Virus record (IMG/VR): IMGVR_UViG_3300033273_000148 | Coordinates: 1-26,313 of that record | Direction: 5' to 3' (one strand) | DNA: 26,313 bases | Source of the DNA: a virus | Lineage: Duplodnaviria > Caudoviricetes | Part shown: positions 24,628-26,313 of the stretch, piece by piece | Layout of the letters: every line of letters starts with the position of its first letter | How positions within the stretch are numbered: position 1 is the stretch's first letter | Program-made: the position numbers and the translations under genes | Notes under the pieces: generated by a model | Told to the model about the DNA's origin: nothing | Database searches by the model: none | What the model saw: the letters and a program-made list of their open reading frames with translations, nothing else

Positions 24628-25420
24628 TACTGTCGTAGATAAAAATAAGTCTGCATATAAACTTGCCAACTTTGGTCCAGTTTATTATCTGAACATGGAT
24701 GCAGATGAGAACCGTAAAGGTTATATGGAAGAGCAGTTTGCTTACTGGGACATAACCAATTACGAACGTATCTCGGCATACGATGGTCGTGATGATGACC
24801 TCAGCGGCATTCTGAAGGGTCGGTATCCTGATCAAATGTCTTCTGGTGAGGTAGGGTGCATCACGTCTCATCTGAAGGCAATCAAGCACTGGTATGATAC
24901 GTCTGACAGTCCATATGCTATTATCATGGAAGATGACTGTAACTTAGACACTGCTCACTTCTGGAACTTCTCTTGGAGTGACTTTGTTGCACATCTCCCA
25001 TATGACTGGGATGTTGTTCAGGTTGCAATCATCCAAACTGGCGATGTTCATGTTAAATTGCATCGTAGGTTTGTAAACGACTTCTCAACTGCCTGCTACA
25101 TGATTACTAGGCATCATGCTGAGAAGTTGATCAAACACCATGTTAAAGGTCCAGACAAATATCGTTTGGATAATGGTGTCAAACCCCGTCCTGTTGCAGA
25201 TGATCTCATCTACAATTCGGGCAACACCTATTCTATCCCTCTGCTTCTTTATCGGCTTCAACTGGGATCTTCTATTCATCCCGAACACGTTGATGCCTTC
25301 CATAAAGTCAATCATGATGGTATAATGAACTGGTGGACTCAGATGGGTGCTTCGATGGATGTCAAAACACTGACAGACTTCGACCCTTATCTGGGCAAGG
25401 TAAGTGACCCTTCTCAGTAG
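24620..25420 (+). CDS. GT25 family glycosyltransferase (beta-galactosyltransferase-like)
   Basis: VYYLNMD...R, RISAYDG, GEVGCITSHLKA, IIMEDD, ACYMIT. Confidence 0.85.
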   Translation: MHSTVVDKNKSAYKLANFGPVYYLNMDADENRKGYMEEQFAYWDITNYERISAYDGRDDDLSGILKGRYPDQMSSGEVGCITSHLKAIKHWYDTSDSPYAIIMEDDCNLDTAHFWNFSWSDFVAHLPYDWDVVQVAIIQTGDVHVKLHRRFVNDFSTACYMITRHHAEKLIKHHVKGPDKYRLDNGVKPRPVADDLIYNSGNTYSIPLLLYRLQLGSSIHPEHVDAFHKVNHDGIMNWWTQMGASMDVKTLTDFDPYLGKVSDPSQ

Positions 25421-25435
25421 GGGTTACCACACTAC

Positions 25436-25469
25436 TTGACAGGATCTAAAGAAACTGTTAGTATAAATA
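25436..25469 (+). promoter_or_regulatory. Overlapping sigma70-like and T4 late promoters
   Basis: TTGACA (25436-41)-17 nt-TAGTAT (25459-64), plus a perfect TATAAATA at 25462-69. Confidence 0.8.
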
Positions 25470-25574
25470 CTTAACCTTTTGTCATAATATTACAGAAGGT
25501 AACAAACGGGACAAGTCGAGTCCCTATTCATCTGCGGGTAACCATTCCGCAAGTAACTAAAGGTAATTAACAAA

Positions 25575-25940
25575 ATGATCAAATCTGTATTCGCTGCAGC
25601 AGCTGCTGCTCCTCTTTTCGCTGGTGCTGCCCTTGCAGGTCCCTACGTTAACGTAGAGGCAAACTCTGGTTTCACTGGATCGGATTACACTGGAACGACG
25701 ACCGACGCTCACGTAGGTTACGCTGGAGAATCTGGTGCTGTCTCCTACGGTGCTCAAATCGGTCCTAGCTTCGTTGTCACTGACGGCGGTGAGTCTGACA
25801 CCGTTCTGTCTGGTAAGGTCTATGGTAGCGTTGCTGCCACCGAGGCACTGAGTGTTTACGGCGAACTCTCCTTCGCTGGTGGCATCGACGGTGCTGACAA
25901 CGGTTACGGCACCAAGGTTGGTGCAACCTGGTCCTTCTGA
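25575..25940 (+). CDS. Small outer-membrane beta-barrel-like protein, paralog 1
   Basis: Signal peptide ending ALA-GPYV, amphipathic Gly/Tyr-rich strands, C-terminal beta-signal-like GATWSF. Confidence 0.8.
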   Translation: MIKSVFAAAAAAPLFAGAALAGPYVNVEANSGFTGSDYTGTTTDAHVGYAGESGAVSYGAQIGPSFVVTDGGESDTVLSGKVYGSVAATEALSVYGELSFAGGIDGADNGYGTKVGATWSF

Positions 25941-25960
25941 TCATTAGTCAGTGATTCCAC

Positions 25961-25988
25961 ACCTCCCCGATAAGGGGAGGTTTTTTTA
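25961..25988 (+). terminator. Rho-independent terminator
   Basis: CCTCCCC-GATAA-GGGGAGG followed by T7. Confidence 0.92.
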
Positions 25989-26030
25989 TGGTAAAAAATA
26001 AGTTAAGTATCCCTATATACCAAGGTTTGT

Positions 26031-26084
26031 CTTAAATCAATTTAACTTGATCTTAAATACATCTTCTAAAGACCATGTTAAAAT
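26031..26084 (+). promoter_or_regulatory. Pho-box-like tandem half-sites plus extended -10
   Basis: CTTAAATC (26031), TTTAACTT (26041), CTTAAATA (26052) against the cyanobacterial YTTAAYYW consensus; TGnTAAAAT at 26076-84. Confidence 0.55.
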
Positions 26085-26133
26085 TGCATGGTCTCTCAAA
26101 GACAAACCCGCACACAAACAAAAGGTATTAAAA

Positions 26134-26313
26134 ATGAAAGCAATCGCACTAGCCGCACTGGCATCTTCTGCACTGGCGACTCCTGCCCTTGCAGGACCCT
26201 ATGTGGAGTCCAAGCACGAATTTAAGGGAACTGATTCGGATTACTCCAAAGCAGTTCACCAAGGACGTATCGGATATGAAACTAAACTGGGACGCCTGAG
26301 TCCTTATATTGAA
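26134..26313 (+). CDS. Small outer-membrane beta-barrel-like protein, paralog 2 (3'-truncated)
   Basis: Hand translation MKAIALAALASSALATPALAGPYVESKHEFKGTDSDYSKAVHQGRIGYETKLGRLSPYIE. Shares ALAGPYV, G..SDY and GY with paralog 1; AAAGG upstream. Confidence 0.8.
   Translation, partial: MKAIALAALASSALATPALAGPYVESKHEFKGTDSDYSKAVHQGRIGYETKLGRLSPYIE

Noticed and set aside
25480-25565. NtcA box (TGT-N9-ACA) or glutamine (glnA) riboswitch in the leader
   Set aside because: The spacing does not fit GTA-N8-TAC and the symmetry is explained by the RNA stem. Only short fragments (TTCATC, AAGTAA) resemble glnA RNA and its closing stem is absent.
1-26313. CRISPR array, rRNA, IS element or long tandem repeat
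   Set aside because: No regularly spaced repeats, rRNA-like sequence or transposase motifs were seen by eye.

Overview
Fragment of a T4-like marine cyanophage (cyanomyovirus, probably infecting Synechococcus) genome, almost entirely + strand. Layout: (1) 1-6.5 kb: uninterrupted class Ia ribonucleotide reductase nrdA (5'-truncated) and nrdB, a late-promoter-driven acidic/basic/acidic Lys-Ala-rich protein, a GIY-YIG nuclease, and a 2-TM protein next to a signal-peptide lysozyme-like protein. (2) 6.5-16.9 kb: a variable region with seven tRNAs (Arg-UCU, Ala-UGC, Asn-GUU, Val-UAC, Pro-UGG, Ile-UAU, CAU), mostly behind near-consensus sigma70-type promoters. They are interleaved with nine Fe(II)/2-oxoglutarate oxygenase or cupin-fold genes, a radical SAM enzyme, an orphan Phd/YefM-like protein and small membrane proteins. 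(3) 17.0-25.4 kb: a translationally coupled 10-gene glycan operon: gmd, fcl, GT11 alpha-1,2-fucosyltransferase, ABO-like GT6, HAD/nucleotidyltransferase fusion, GDPD-like, GT4, GT25 and two paralogous unknowns. (4) 25.4-26.3 kb: two paralogous small outer-membrane beta-barrel-like genes, one with a three-hairpin leader and one behind a Pho-box-like array. Top candidates for new biology are the blood-group-like glycan pathway, possibly fed by the adjacent hydroxylase battery, and the promoter-tRNA-oxygenase cassettes, including an AUA-reading tRNA beside AUA-rich genes. All family calls come from motif recognition by eye; no database searches were run.
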